Shown here: in pieces, positions 56,057 to 64,000 of the stretch
How positions within the stretch are numbered: the first letter of the stretch is position 1
Layout: each line of letters starts with the position of its first letter
Origin: an uncultured Planctomycetia bacterium
GTDB lineage: Bacteria > Omnitrophota > Gorgyraeia > Tantalellales > Tantalellaceae
Assembly (NCBI GenBank): GCA_964572255.1
Contig: CAZNEE010000004.1
Location: 26,344-90,343 of the forward strand
DNA: 64,000 nt
Direction: 5' to 3'
Translations under genes and position numbers: made by a program
The notes under the pieces: generated by a model
Told to the model about the DNA's origin: nothing
What the model saw: the letters and a program-made list of their open reading frames with translations, nothing else
The model's database searches: none

Positions 56057-57273
56057 AGAAACTGTTGATAATTTTTTTGATACTGTTGATCATCGCGGTG
56101 GGAGTGATCTATCGTTTTTGGCAGGAAATATTTCAATTTTCCGCCGAATCTATCATAATGAAAAGCTTGCCCCCTTACGTGGCGATCGAAAGGATCATTT
56201 TTGACCTGAAAGATAACAGGGTCGAAGTAAAGGATTTCAGGGTAAAAAACCCGCCGGGATATCAGCAAAAATATCTTGCCAGTATAGACAAGATAACATG
56301 TGATTACAAGAGGAAGGGAGACAACATACTTGACGGAATAGAGGTCACGAATATCGAGGCCCAGGGGCCGACAATAAACATCGAAAGATTAAAGAACGGC
56401 CGGATGAATATCAACGAAATGGACACGGTCATGGAAAAGTCCGCCGCTGAAGAGGCCGGTCCGGCGGAAAAAGCTCCGGCTCCAAAGGAAGAGAAAAAGA
56501 AAGCTGTTTCCGGGAAAGATAAAAGAAATATCTCCGACATCGTGAAACTTCCGAAGGACATCAATCTAACGAACGGAAAAGTGGTCTTTTTGGATAAAGC
56601 GGCAGCTTCACGCCCTTACATGCTGACGTTTGACGATGTGAACGGCGTCATAGAGCTTGGTCTTTCGGATGATTATACCAAAGTTTCAAACGTTTCCAGT
56701 ACCGGAAAAGGAATATTAAATTCCGATAATTCCCAGAAAGTTAAATGGAATGTCTCACTTGATCCGACAAAACAGAATCTGACGATGTCAAGCAGGATCG
56801 AGCCTGAAGGGATAGATCTCACTCTCATAAGGCCGTATTACGACAAATTTTCACCGATATACATCGAAAAGGGCACCTTTTCAGGGACATTGGTCTTTGA
56901 TTTTGATAACGGTAACATCGGTTCGATGAATACCGTTAATCTGCGAAACCTTGTTTTTAAAGAGAAAGAGAATTTCGGAGGCGCACAGTACTGGCAGGCC
57001 GTGATCCCGGAACTGATAAAGTATCTCCAATCATCGCCGCGTGAAATAACTTTTGATTTTACGATAAAAGGGGACATGAACAATCCCTCTTTTAATATCG
57101 GGCCCATTACCAGAAAAGCGCTTCAGTCAATGGTGGTTGATAAGATAGTTGATGCGATCTCGGGCGAAGAAAAAGGCGGGGCGCAAGGCGCGCCGTCTCA
57201 ATCGGGTGCTCAGCAGCAGAAAAGCGATACTGAGCAGGTGATGGATCTTTTGGAAGGATTGCTCAAAAAATAA
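56047..57273 (+). CDS. AsmA-like/DUF748-like membrane-anchored protein
   Basis: 408 aa with an N-terminal TM segment and a beta-rich body. It is paralogous to the 34465 product. Confidence 0.5.
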   Translation: MEVKKLLIIFLILLIIAVGVIYRFWQEIFQFSAESIIMKSLPPYVAIERIIFDLKDNRVEVKDFRVKNPPGYQQKYLASIDKITCDYKRKGDNILDGIEVTNIEAQGPTINIERLKNGRMNINEMDTVMEKSAAEEAGPAEKAPAPKEEKKKAVSGKDKRNISDIVKLPKDINLTNGKVVFLDKAAASRPYMLTFDDVNGVIELGLSDDYTKVSNVSSTGKGILNSDNSQKVKWNVSLDPTKQNLTMSSRIEPEGIDLTLIRPYYDKFSPIYIEKGTFSGTLVFDFDNGNIGSMNTVNLRNLVFKEKENFGGAQYWQAVIPELIKYLQSSPREITFDFTIKGDMNNPSFNIGPITRKALQSMVVDKIVDAISGEEKGGAQGAPSQSGAQQQKSDTEQVMDLLEGLLKK

Positions 57274-57295
57274 CTTAAATAGGAAAGGAGAAAAA

Positions 57296-57661
57296 ATGGT
57301 TGTTCTTGCAAGGTTGATAATGATAGCTGTTATTGCGTTCGGGTTTGCTCTTATATTCAAAAAAGAGACAAGAGACGGGCTGTTAGCATACGCTAAAACG
57401 AATAAGGGCATTAAGGTCATAGGATCCGCAAGAATAGTTATGGGCGCGGTTTTATTGATGGCTTCCGCCCAGAGCCGCCTCCCGGGGCTTGTTACGGTTT
57501 TCGGTATTATTCTTATAATAGCCGGGATAGTAGCTTTAGTGATAAAGAAAGAAGCCATAAACAGCATGGCCGGCTGGTGGGAATCCAAACCGGAAAGCTC
57601 TCAGAAGCTGATGGGTTTGATCCCGATCATTTTTGCCGCGATCATACTTTTAGGTCTTTGA
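57296..57661 (+). CDS. Small membrane protein, 4 TM segments
   Basis: Hydrophobic and 121 aa. AGGAAAGGAG lies before the ATG. Confidence 0.45.
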   Translation: MVVLARLIMIAVIAFGFALIFKKETRDGLLAYAKTNKGIKVIGSARIVMGAVLLMASAQSRLPGLVTVFGIILIIAGIVALVIKKEAINSMAGWWESKPESSQKLMGLIPIIFAAIILLGL

Positions 57662-57684
57662 GCTTTCGCTCAAGGAGGTAAAAG

Positions 57685-58227
57685 ATGAAAAGAACACTGT
57701 CAAAAGGTTCGATTGTATTATTATGCATTGTGTTCTTCACCTGCTTATTCCTGCATGTGGAGGCAAATTGCCTGGAACTTAAAAGTCCGGCTTTTAAAGA
57801 CGGCGAAACCATCCCGGAGAAGTATACATGTAAGGGGGATAATATCTCGCCTTCATTGGAATGGACTGGCGTTCCTGCCGGGACTAAAAGCTTTGCGCTG
57901 ATCATGGATGACCCTGATGCCCCGATGGGGATCTGGGTGCATTGGGTGATCTATAATATTCCCGGTGATGTCAGTATGCTTAAAGAAGATATCCCCAGGG
58001 ATACGAGTCTCACTGATGGTACAAAGCAGGGCACCAACAGTTTTAACTGGATCGGTTACGGAGGGCCGTGCCCTCCTAAAGGCCCCGCGCACAGGTACAT
58101 GTTCAAATTGTACGCGTTGGATGAGGAGTTGGATCTTCCGGCCGGAGCTACAAAAGGCGTACTTCTTATGCGGATGGACGGGCATATCCTGGATGAAACC
58201 AGATTGACGGGTCTTTTTCAGCGTTAA
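57685..58227 (+). CDS. PEBP-family (YbhB/YbcL-like) protein, secreted
   Basis: LEWTGVPAGTKSFALIMDDPDAP...WVHWVIYNIP matches the phosphatidylethanolamine-binding-protein family. A signal peptide is present. Confidence 0.8.
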   Translation: MKRTLSKGSIVLLCIVFFTCLFLHVEANCLELKSPAFKDGETIPEKYTCKGDNISPSLEWTGVPAGTKSFALIMDDPDAPMGIWVHWVIYNIPGDVSMLKEDIPRDTSLTDGTKQGTNSFNWIGYGGPCPPKGPAHRYMFKLYALDEELDLPAGATKGVLLMRMDGHILDETRLTGLFQR

Positions 58228-58257
58228 AAAATAATAGTCAGGTACGGTTAAAGATAA

Positions 58258-58998
58258 ATGAAACTATACGGCAAGAATCCTGTAATTGAAAGGATAAAAA
58301 CAAATCCCGCCTCGATCAGAAAGATATACCTGCAAAAGAAGACAGATCTTTCAGAAATAGTGCGTGAGGCAAAAAAACAGGCGCTTGATTTCGAATCGGT
58401 GGAAAAAAGCAGGATATTAAGCATGGCCAGGAATGTCCACACGCAGGGGGTCGTGGCTGAAGTAGCCGAGTTCAAATATGCGCCTTTTTCCGAGCTTCTG
58501 GATGATTGCGGGAAGAGGAAAACTTCTCTTCTTTTCCTTGACGGGATAACAGACCCTCAAAATCTTGGTTCCATTATCCGTAATCTTGCCTGCATGGGAG
58601 GGTTTTCTATCGTTCTTCCCGAACATAATTCCGCTCAAGTCAATGAAACTGTCTTAAGAGTAGCCTGCGGCGGAGAGAACTATATAAAGATAGGGCAGGT
58701 TGCGAATAATGCCCGCGCTATTGAGAAAGCCAAAGCAAGAGGCGTTTGGATAATAGGAGCCGTGGCCGGTTCCGGAAAAGACATCCAACAGGTTAAGGTC
58801 AAATTTCCGTTGGGGGTAGTGATAGGGTCCGAGGGAAAAGGCATCAGGCCGGGGTTGGTGAAACATATCGATGCCGAACTATCCCTTCCCATGAAAGGGG
58901 CGGCTTTGTCATACAATGCCTCTGTTGCGGCAGTTTTAGTTTGTTATGAAATAAACCGCCAAGAAAGGCTGAAAAATGAAGGATACCAAAACACTTGA
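58258..58998 (+). CDS. rlmB: SpoU-family 23S rRNA 2'-O-methyltransferase (RlmB-like)
   Basis: An N-terminal substrate-binding domain is followed by the SPOUT motifs LVLDGITDPQNLGSIIR and VIGSEGKGI. Confidence 0.75.
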   Translation: MKLYGKNPVIERIKTNPASIRKIYLQKKTDLSEIVREAKKQALDFESVEKSRILSMARNVHTQGVVAEVAEFKYAPFSELLDDCGKRKTSLLFLDGITDPQNLGSIIRNLACMGGFSIVLPEHNSAQVNETVLRVACGGENYIKIGQVANNARAIEKAKARGVWIIGAVAGSGKDIQQVKVKFPLGVVIGSEGKGIRPGLVKHIDAELSLPMKGAALSYNASVAAVLVCYEINRQERLKNEGYQNT

Positions 58999-59551
58999 TT
59001 TTATCGCCGAAGCGGGAATGCTTAAAAGGATCAAACGGAGCGGATGGTGGATGGTAGGCATCCCGTATGATGAAAGTGTTGCCGATCACAGCTTTCGCTG
59101 CGCGGTTATCGGGTATGTTCTGGCAAAGATGGAGAAAGCGGATCCTTACAAAGTTCTTTTGATGACGCTTTTCGGCGATCTTCATGAAGCCAGGATCAAC
59201 GACATGCATAAAGTGGCTCACAGATATTTGGATGTTAAAAAGGCCGAGAAGGAAGCTTTTAGAGAGCAAGTGGAAGAATTGGATGAAGGGATACGTGAAG
59301 AGTTAAAAAAAACAAGATCCGAATATGAATACCAGAAGACACCGGAGGGCGTCATAGCCCGTGATGCGGACATACTGGAATGCATGATACAGGCAAAAGA
59401 GTATGATGATCTGGGATTCAAGAACGCGAAAAAGTTTTTTAAGAAAGCGCCTAAGCATCTCAAGACAAAAAGCGCTCATGTCTTATGGGATAGGGCCGAG
59501 ACCTGGGACAGCAACACGTGGTGGGAAAAGCTTGGAAAATTCGAGAGGTAA
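58976..59551 (+). CDS. HD-domain phosphohydrolase (YfbR-like 5'-deoxynucleotidase)
   Basis: The HD motifs HSFRCAVIG and FGDLHEARIND are present. It overlaps both flanking methyltransferase genes. Confidence 0.75.
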   Translation: MKDTKTLDFIAEAGMLKRIKRSGWWMVGIPYDESVADHSFRCAVIGYVLAKMEKADPYKVLLMTLFGDLHEARINDMHKVAHRYLDVKKAEKEAFREQVEELDEGIREELKKTRSEYEYQKTPEGVIARDADILECMIQAKEYDDLGFKNAKKFFKKAPKHLKTKSAHVLWDRAETWDSNTWWEKLGKFER

Positions 59552-59558
59552 ATGATAG

Positions 59559-60377
59559 ATGGAAAAACTGAGCAAGACAAAACTGAAATTTGCGCGTGAA
59601 CTCTTGCGCGAAAAAAAGGTTCGCGACGAGAACGCTCTTTTTGTCGCGGAAGGCGATAAGATCGTATGCGATATCCTCCAAAAAGGGCATATACCGGAAT
59701 TTATTCTGATCTCAAAGGTATATTTCGATACTATTGAAAGCCGGCTTTTAGTGCTTGATCACGAGGAGAAAAATGCTCCGGTTTTCATCGCCAATGATGC
59801 GGAATTTGATAAACTTTCATCGCTGCGCAGTTCACAAGGCATAATGGCAGTTTTTAAGCAGCCCATGCATAGAGTTAAGGATCTTTCACATGAAAAGAAA
59901 GCTTTTTTAGTGCTTTGCGACAAAGTGCAGGATCCCGCCAATCTCGGCGCGATAATAAGAACATCTGTCGCTTTTGAAGTTGACGCTCTTCTTCTGGCGG
60001 GTGAGACAGCGGATATTTATAACCCGAAAGTTGTCAGGGCATCCGCGGGATCGATGCTTGAAGTGCCTATATATTCATGCGATGTAAATATGATAGACAG
60101 GCTAAAGAATAGCGGCTATAAACTTTTCGCGGGCCAGCCGCGGAAGAAAAACTCGATATCGATAGACGAGATAAAAGAGGTCCCGAAAAAATGTATCATA
60201 GCTTTCGGAAGCGAAGGAAAAGGCATATCGAAGGAGATTTTAGAAAGAGCGGACGTTAATTTCTATATACCTATCAGCAAGAAAATAGAATCTTTAAACG
60301 TGAATAACGCAGCGGCGATCGCATTACATTCTTTAAGGAATGTGAGGGATCAAGGGGAGCCTGTCATGAAGGGATGA
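59559..60377 (+). CDS. TrmH/SpoU-family RNA 2'-O-methyltransferase
   Basis: The SPOUT motifs LVLCDKVQDPANLGAIIRT and IIAFGSEGKGIS are present. Confidence 0.8.
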   Translation: MEKLSKTKLKFARELLREKKVRDENALFVAEGDKIVCDILQKGHIPEFILISKVYFDTIESRLLVLDHEEKNAPVFIANDAEFDKLSSLRSSQGIMAVFKQPMHRVKDLSHEKKAFLVLCDKVQDPANLGAIIRTSVAFEVDALLLAGETADIYNPKVVRASAGSMLEVPIYSCDVNMIDRLKNSGYKLFAGQPRKKNSISIDEIKEVPKKCIIAFGSEGKGISKEILERADVNFYIPISKKIESLNVNNAAAIALHSLRNVRDQGEPVMKG

Positions 60378-61360
60378 AAATGTCCGAAAGAACTACCCGC
60401 ATACAGACCGATTCGCAAAACAGGATCATTCTAACGCATACCTTTAAAGAAACGATTCCCGGAAAAACTTCATATAAAACAGTCATCAAAAAGGCCGGTG
60501 CAAGAACCGCTTCTCAAAAGCTTGTCCTTGACGGAACATGGTCTTTAACTGAAGAACACGCGCTAAAATTTCATGTTCTTTCATCTCAGTCGGATCTTGC
60601 CGGGAAGGATCTCATATTCCATGGTCAGATCGAACATGCGGGAGGGAACTTTCTAAGATTCCGCATTCGCCGATTAGAACCGCTTTCCGGCATCAAAAGC
60701 GGAACGATCGGATTAAGCGGTACATGGTGGGCTGACCGCTACAACCGCATATGCTTTGATATCAATAAAGGAAAGGGCCGTTATGACACATTAAGATTCC
60801 AGGGGGCCTGGCAGGTAAACCGCAATAATGAACTTATTTACCGTTATTCGATGACGCGCCTTAAGACAAAGGTCCGCAGACTGCACACGGTCATATTCAG
60901 GGGTTTCTGGGAGCTTCAAAAACACAGGATAATTTATAGGATGGAAGGTTCGAGCGGATCCTTCTTTTCATTCCAAGCGGTCTTAAAGTCGCATAATGTG
61001 AGGTCTTCAGACAGGGGCATAGATTACCAGATCGGAATACGGTTTTTAGAGAGAGAGGTTTTTCGCAAGAGAGAACAGACGGTCACGATTCTAGGAAAAT
61101 GGCAAATAAAAGAGGATCTAAAGGTGAGCTTTGAGGTGTCTTATTCCGGCAGAAAGCGGCAGGAGATCCTTTTCGGCGTGGAAAAAATTTTAGGGAAAGG
61201 CAATACGGTCACGGTTTCCCTGAAGGACCCAGGAGGCGGGAAAATGGGGCTCGAAGTGGTATTCCGGAAAACTTTCAGTAAAGACAGGGATCTGTTTATT
61301 TCCCTCGCAAGATCCGCCGAAGAATTCAGGGTTCAGGGCGGGGTCACTATTAAGTTTTAG
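60374..61360 (+). CDS. Hypothetical protein with 4-5 internal ~55-aa repeats (G-x-W ... alternating hydrophobic beta pattern)
   Basis: The repeat cores are LDGTWSLTEEHALKFHV, LSGTWWADRYNRICFDI, FRGFWELQKHRIIYRM and ILGKWQIKEDLKVSFEV. It has an ATGA overlap with trmH. No signal peptide is evident. Confidence 0.45.
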   Translation: MKMSERTTRIQTDSQNRIILTHTFKETIPGKTSYKTVIKKAGARTASQKLVLDGTWSLTEEHALKFHVLSSQSDLAGKDLIFHGQIEHAGGNFLRFRIRRLEPLSGIKSGTIGLSGTWWADRYNRICFDINKGKGRYDTLRFQGAWQVNRNNELIYRYSMTRLKTKVRRLHTVIFRGFWELQKHRIIYRMEGSSGSFFSFQAVLKSHNVRSSDRGIDYQIGIRFLEREVFRKREQTVTILGKWQIKEDLKVSFEVSYSGRKRQEILFGVEKILGKGNTVTVSLKDPGGGKMGLEVVFRKTFSKDRDLFISLARSAEEFRVQGGVTIKF

Positions 61361-61383
61361 CTTTATATCTAAGGAGGCACTAG

Positions 61384-61800
61384 ATGAAGTCATATCGCGA
61401 AGAACTATGGTTTAAAACACCTCATAGAAGGGATTATATCAACATTACTCCGCAGGTTGAAAAAATAGTTCGAAAAAGCGGCGTAAAAGAAGGCCTGTGT
61501 CTTGTAAATGCCATGCATATTACGGCGAGCATTTATATCAATGACGATGAGAGGGGCCTCTTGCAGGATTATGATGACTGGCTTGAAGAGTTGGCCCCGC
61601 ATGAACCCATAGAACATTACAGGCACAATGGAGCGGAAGATAACGGGGACGCTCACCTTAAAAGACAGATCATGGGCCGTGAGGTAGTAGTTGCTGTAAC
61701 CGGCGGAGAGCTTGACTTTGGGCCATGGGAGCAGATATTTTACGGTGAGTTCGATGGCCGAAGAAAGAAGAGGGTCCTGGTAAAGATTATCGGCGAGTAG
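61384..61800 (+). CDS. yjbQ: YjbQ/UPF0047-family protein (secondary thiamine-phosphate synthase-like)
   Basis: [23 protein letters not shown]...[20 protein letters not shown] is the YjbQ signature. Confidence 0.85.
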   Translation: MKSYREELWFKTPHRRDYINITPQVEKIVRKSGVKEGLCLVNAMHITASIYINDDERGLLQDYDDWLEELAPHEPIEHYRHNGAEDNGDAHLKRQIMGREVVVAVTGGELDFGPWEQIFYGEFDGRRKKRVLVKIIGE

Positions 61801-61845
61801 AAATTTGCCCTTTTAAAAGCATGTGGTATACTTGATGTTGTTGCT

Positions 61846-62289
61846 TTGGGACAGGAGGAAGTGATGGCATTGAGTGGCTCGCATTCAAGCGAAGAGATCA
61901 AAAAAATAATATACGAACATCTTGATGACATGGGAGTTTCCCGTGAGAATATGCAGATATCGATCGTTAACGGGTCCAAGGTTGTTTTGCGCGGGGAGAT
62001 CTTACATGAAAGCCAGAGAGAAGAGCTGAAAGATTTTATCTCGGACATGGCGGGAATTGACAATATAGTCGATGAACTTATTGTCATTCACGATGAGTAC
62101 GAAGAAGGTGAAGGCGAAGAATTATCCGATGAAGAAGAGTTGTATGATGAAGATAAGGAAAAATACGGCACGGGAGATATCTTTCGCTCGGTAGAGGACG
62201 GAGTGCCTTACGTGCCGCCGACAAGCCCGCCGTATGAGGAATCAAAGAAAAAAGAGCGAAAGAGAAAACGCAAGAAAAAACCCAGATGA
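61846..62289 (+). CDS. BON-like domain protein with acidic/basic C-terminal tail
   Basis: GVSRENMQISIVNGSKVVLRGEILHESQREELKDFISDMAGIDNIVDELIV fits a BON-domain pattern. The C-terminus is highly charged. Confidence 0.45.
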   Translation: MGQEEVMALSGSHSSEEIKKIIYEHLDDMGVSRENMQISIVNGSKVVLRGEILHESQREELKDFISDMAGIDNIVDELIVIHDEYEEGEGEELSDEEELYDEDKEKYGTGDIFRSVEDGVPYVPPTSPPYEESKKKERKRKRKKKPR

Positions 62290-62319
62290 TCACAGGATCA
62301 AAAAAAAGGAGATATATAA

Positions 62320-62493
62320 ATGTTTGGACTCGGCCTTCCTGAAATTTTATTGATATTGGTGATAGCGCTTTTGATATTCGGGGCTGCAAAACTTCCGGAA
62401 ATAGGTAGAGCTCTGGGAAAAGCATTGAGTGAATTTAAAAAGGGAGCGCAGGATTCATCTGATAAGAAAGAAGATGAAAACCGAACAAAATGA
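62320..62493 (+). CDS. tatA: Twin-arginine translocase subunit TatA/E (57 aa; below the ORF-track length cutoff)
   Basis: MFGLGLPEILLILVIALLIFGAAKLPEIGRALGKALSEFKKG is the canonical TatA. AAGGAGATATATAA lies before the ATG, and there is an ATGA overlap with tatC. Confidence 0.85.
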   Translation: MFGLGLPEILLILVIALLIFGAAKLPEIGRALGKALSEFKKGAQDSSDKKEDENRTK

Positions 62494-63230
62494 GCGCCGT
62501 GTATAAGGAAGAGCCCAAAAGATTAGATTTCCTTACCCACCTTGAAGAGTTACGCCGCAGGATCCTCATAATTATCGTTTTTTTTGTTCTTATCGCGATC
62601 ACGCTTTTTTCAAAAGGCGAATATTTTTTATCGATACTAAAACGTCCGATCGGAACCGCTTCGGAGCTTATCTTTATCAGCCCGACAGAGGCTTTTACCT
62701 CATACTTGAAAATAATATTCCTGGCGAGTTTTATCATATCGTTCCCGGTGATCCTTTTCCAGCTCTGGGCTTTCATGCATCCCGCGTTTTCGGGGAAGAG
62801 AAAAAACCGCATAGCAGTTTGGTTATCCTCCGCTCTGGTTTTTTTTGCGGCGGGAATATTGTTCTCATATTTCATAGCGATACCCGCGGCGCTTAAATTT
62901 TTATTGAATTTCGGAAGCGGCATCGCCTCGCCTATGATAACATTGGGGAGGTACACATCGTTCGTAGCCGCGCTTATCTTGGTAGGGGGCATAGTTTTTG
63001 AAATACCGATCTTGATCGGGCTTCTGACAGACATCGGCATTCTTAAAGCGGATTATCTAAGGAAAAAACGTCCGCAAGCGCTTATAGGAATAATGATAGC
63101 CGCGGCGATCATAACGCCGACGCAGGACATATTGAACATGCTGATGTTTGCGATACCGATGGTCCTTTTGTTTGAGATAGGGGTCATCCTTTCCAAAATC
63201 ATCGAAAATAAGAAAATCCACAAAACGTAA
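62490..63230 (+). CDS. tatC: Twin-arginine translocase subunit TatC
   Basis: LTHLEELRRRILIIIVFF.. is the TatC N-terminus. It has 6 transmembrane segments. Confidence 0.9.
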   Translation: MSAVYKEEPKRLDFLTHLEELRRRILIIIVFFVLIAITLFSKGEYFLSILKRPIGTASELIFISPTEAFTSYLKIIFLASFIISFPVILFQLWAFMHPAFSGKRKNRIAVWLSSALVFFAAGILFSYFIAIPAALKFLLNFGSGIASPMITLGRYTSFVAALILVGGIVFEIPILIGLLTDIGILKADYLRKKRPQALIGIMIAAAIITPTQDILNMLMFAIPMVLLFEIGVILSKIIENKKIHKT

Positions 63231-63381
63231 CATCAAGTAATTAAACGACTTATAATTCTCAAAAAAAATGTTAGAAAGACAAAAGCAAGCTAGCTATTTC
63301 TTGACTTAACATAAACTTTCTGTTATTATAGGACTAACATACTAAATACATTTAAAAAGCAGAAATTAAGTGGGTTGGAAA

Positions 63382-64000
63382 ATGAAACAAAAAAGGATCG
63401 CGTTAAAAAAGAGCATGCTTTACACGTTAACAGTTTCTCTGGTAACGCTCGCATATTTTCTTAGCGTTTACGTGGTGGAGAGGGTGCTATGCTTGTTCTT
63501 GCAATATGACTCTTACCCTGTTACATTAGCTGCGATCATTTTTCTTTCGATTGCATGCCTTCCGATAAAGATCCGCGTACAGCGCAATATCGACAAATGT
63601 TTTTTTAATGGATCGATTTGCGAGATCGAAGAGCAGCGCGACAGATTACTGGATGAATTGCATTATGCCCTCAAACACAAGCAGGCCGTGACCTTTGCGT
63701 CCGGCATAGCGCATGAGATCAAGAACCCGCTGACTTCCATCAAAACGTTCACCGAATACGTCGATAAGAAATATCATGACGCCCGGTTCAGAAGAAAGTT
63801 CAGATTTCTGGTCGGCCGCGAGCTTGAAAGGATAAATCGAACGGTCGATCAGCTGATGGATTTTTCCAGGCCGGTCAAATTGGAGAAAACGCGGATCGAT
63901 GTAAATGCGCTGTTGAAGGAAACGGTGGAGTTTGTAAAATATCAGGCCAAGAAGAATGATGTCCGGATAAAGAGGCACTTTGAGGATATTCCTTGTATTT
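63382..64000 (+). CDS. Sensor histidine kinase (3' end beyond window)
   Basis: Two N-terminal TM segments are followed by a HisKA H-box FASGIAHEIKNPLTSI. The frame is open to the end of the window. A TTGACT-N17-TATTAT promoter lies upstream, at about 63300-63330. Confidence 0.75.
   Translation, partial: MKQKRIALKKSMLYTLTVSLVTLAYFLSVYVVERVLCLFLQYDSYPVTLAAIIFLSIACLPIKIRVQRNIDKCFFNGSICEIEEQRDRLLDELHYALKHKQAVTFASGIAHEIKNPLTSIKTFTEYVDKKYHDARFRRKFRFLVGRELERINRTVDQLMDFSRPVKLEKTRIDVNALLKETVEFVKYQAKKNDVRIKRHFEDIPCI

Noticed and set aside
639-63978. The numerous minus-strand ORFs of 60-200 aa in the six-frame track (for example 1421-2047, 12435-12980, 14408-14926, 19493-20020, 31389-32006, 45041-45505, 62435-63040)
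   Set aside because: Each one lies entirely inside a well-supported plus-strand gene with clear homology. Their translations are low-complexity or hydrophobic with no motifs. They are antisense-frame artefacts.

Overview
This 64-kb window looks like chromosomal DNA from a Gram-negative-type (diderm) bacterium of moderate GC, possibly an uncultivated or candidate-phylum lineage. The supporting genes are an LpxL-type acyltransferase, a TolC-like outer-membrane protein, a TonB-dependent receptor, AsmA-like proteins, Tat translocase subunits, and several 'archaeal-flavoured' genes (AmmeMemoRadiSam, Trm112, an arch_ATPase). Almost all genes lie on the + strand in long operon-like runs with frequent 4-bp ATGA overlaps. 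The only convincing minus-strand gene is an IS200-like (REP-associated tyrosine) transposase.

Recognisable content, in order:
- A glycolipid and lipid-acylation cluster: a MurG/MGDG-synthase-like glycosyltransferase (family GT28), an LpxL-like acyltransferase and a family-2 glycosyltransferase, followed by the protein-repair methyltransferase pcm.
- A cobalamin riboswitch with its terminator directly upstream of a BtuB-like TonB-dependent receptor.
- A small mobile element (REP-like inverted repeats flanking a RAYT transposase) inserted into the 3' end of btuB.
- MarR, a TolC-like protein and an RND permease, with no periplasmic adaptor gene.
- A double-length M16 peptidase.
- A long housekeeping run: Memo-like, patatin, DUF1844, UPF0104, Trm112, aroQ, pepP, efp, accB, accC, Asp23, gmhA, a heptose adenylyltransferase, thiC and a PfkB kinase.
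- tRNA-Gly(CCC), followed by a hairpin-dense 240-bp segment ending in a direct repeat of the tRNA 3' end.
- Two paralogous secreted glycine-zipper proteins.
- An MFS sugar porter.
- An aspartate 4-decarboxylase (AsdA) and Asp:Ala antiporter (AspT) module, followed by a tandem-ACT protein.
- An ECF sigma factor and anti-sigma factor, then a Spy/CpxP-like protein and a glycine-zipper protein, each pair preceded by a GGAACTT-N16-GTCTAA promoter.
- An arch_ATPase/DUF234 gene, a YfcE-like phosphodiesterase and a Na/Ca exchanger in one operon-like run behind a strong sigma-70-like promoter.
- A dGTPase and a GAF/HD-GYP protein.
- An FtsN-like SPOR-domain protein.
- A complete biotin operon: bioB, a BioF-BioH fusion, bioC, bioD and bioA, with a BirA-type operator upstream.
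- A PduO-type adenosyltransferase, lpd, rmuC, the AmmeMemoRadiSam radical SAM enzyme, an AsmA-like protein, a PEBP-family protein, two SpoU methyltransferases flanking an HD hydrolase, an internally repetitive hypothetical protein, yjbQ, a BON-domain protein, tatA, tatC and a partial sensor histidine kinase.

I found no CRISPR array, Cas genes, reverse transcriptase, integrase or obvious toxin-antitoxin pair. The candidates for something new are therefore regulatory or architectural. They are the ECF envelope-stress-like module with its twin promoters and the duplicated glycine-zipper protein; the REPtron-like insertion that rebuilt the btuB C-terminus; the apparent attachment-site remnant downstream of the tRNA; the ATPase/phosphoesterase/exchanger operon; and the AsdA-AspT-ACT module. 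All homology calls are made from reading the translations by eye; nothing was searched against a database.
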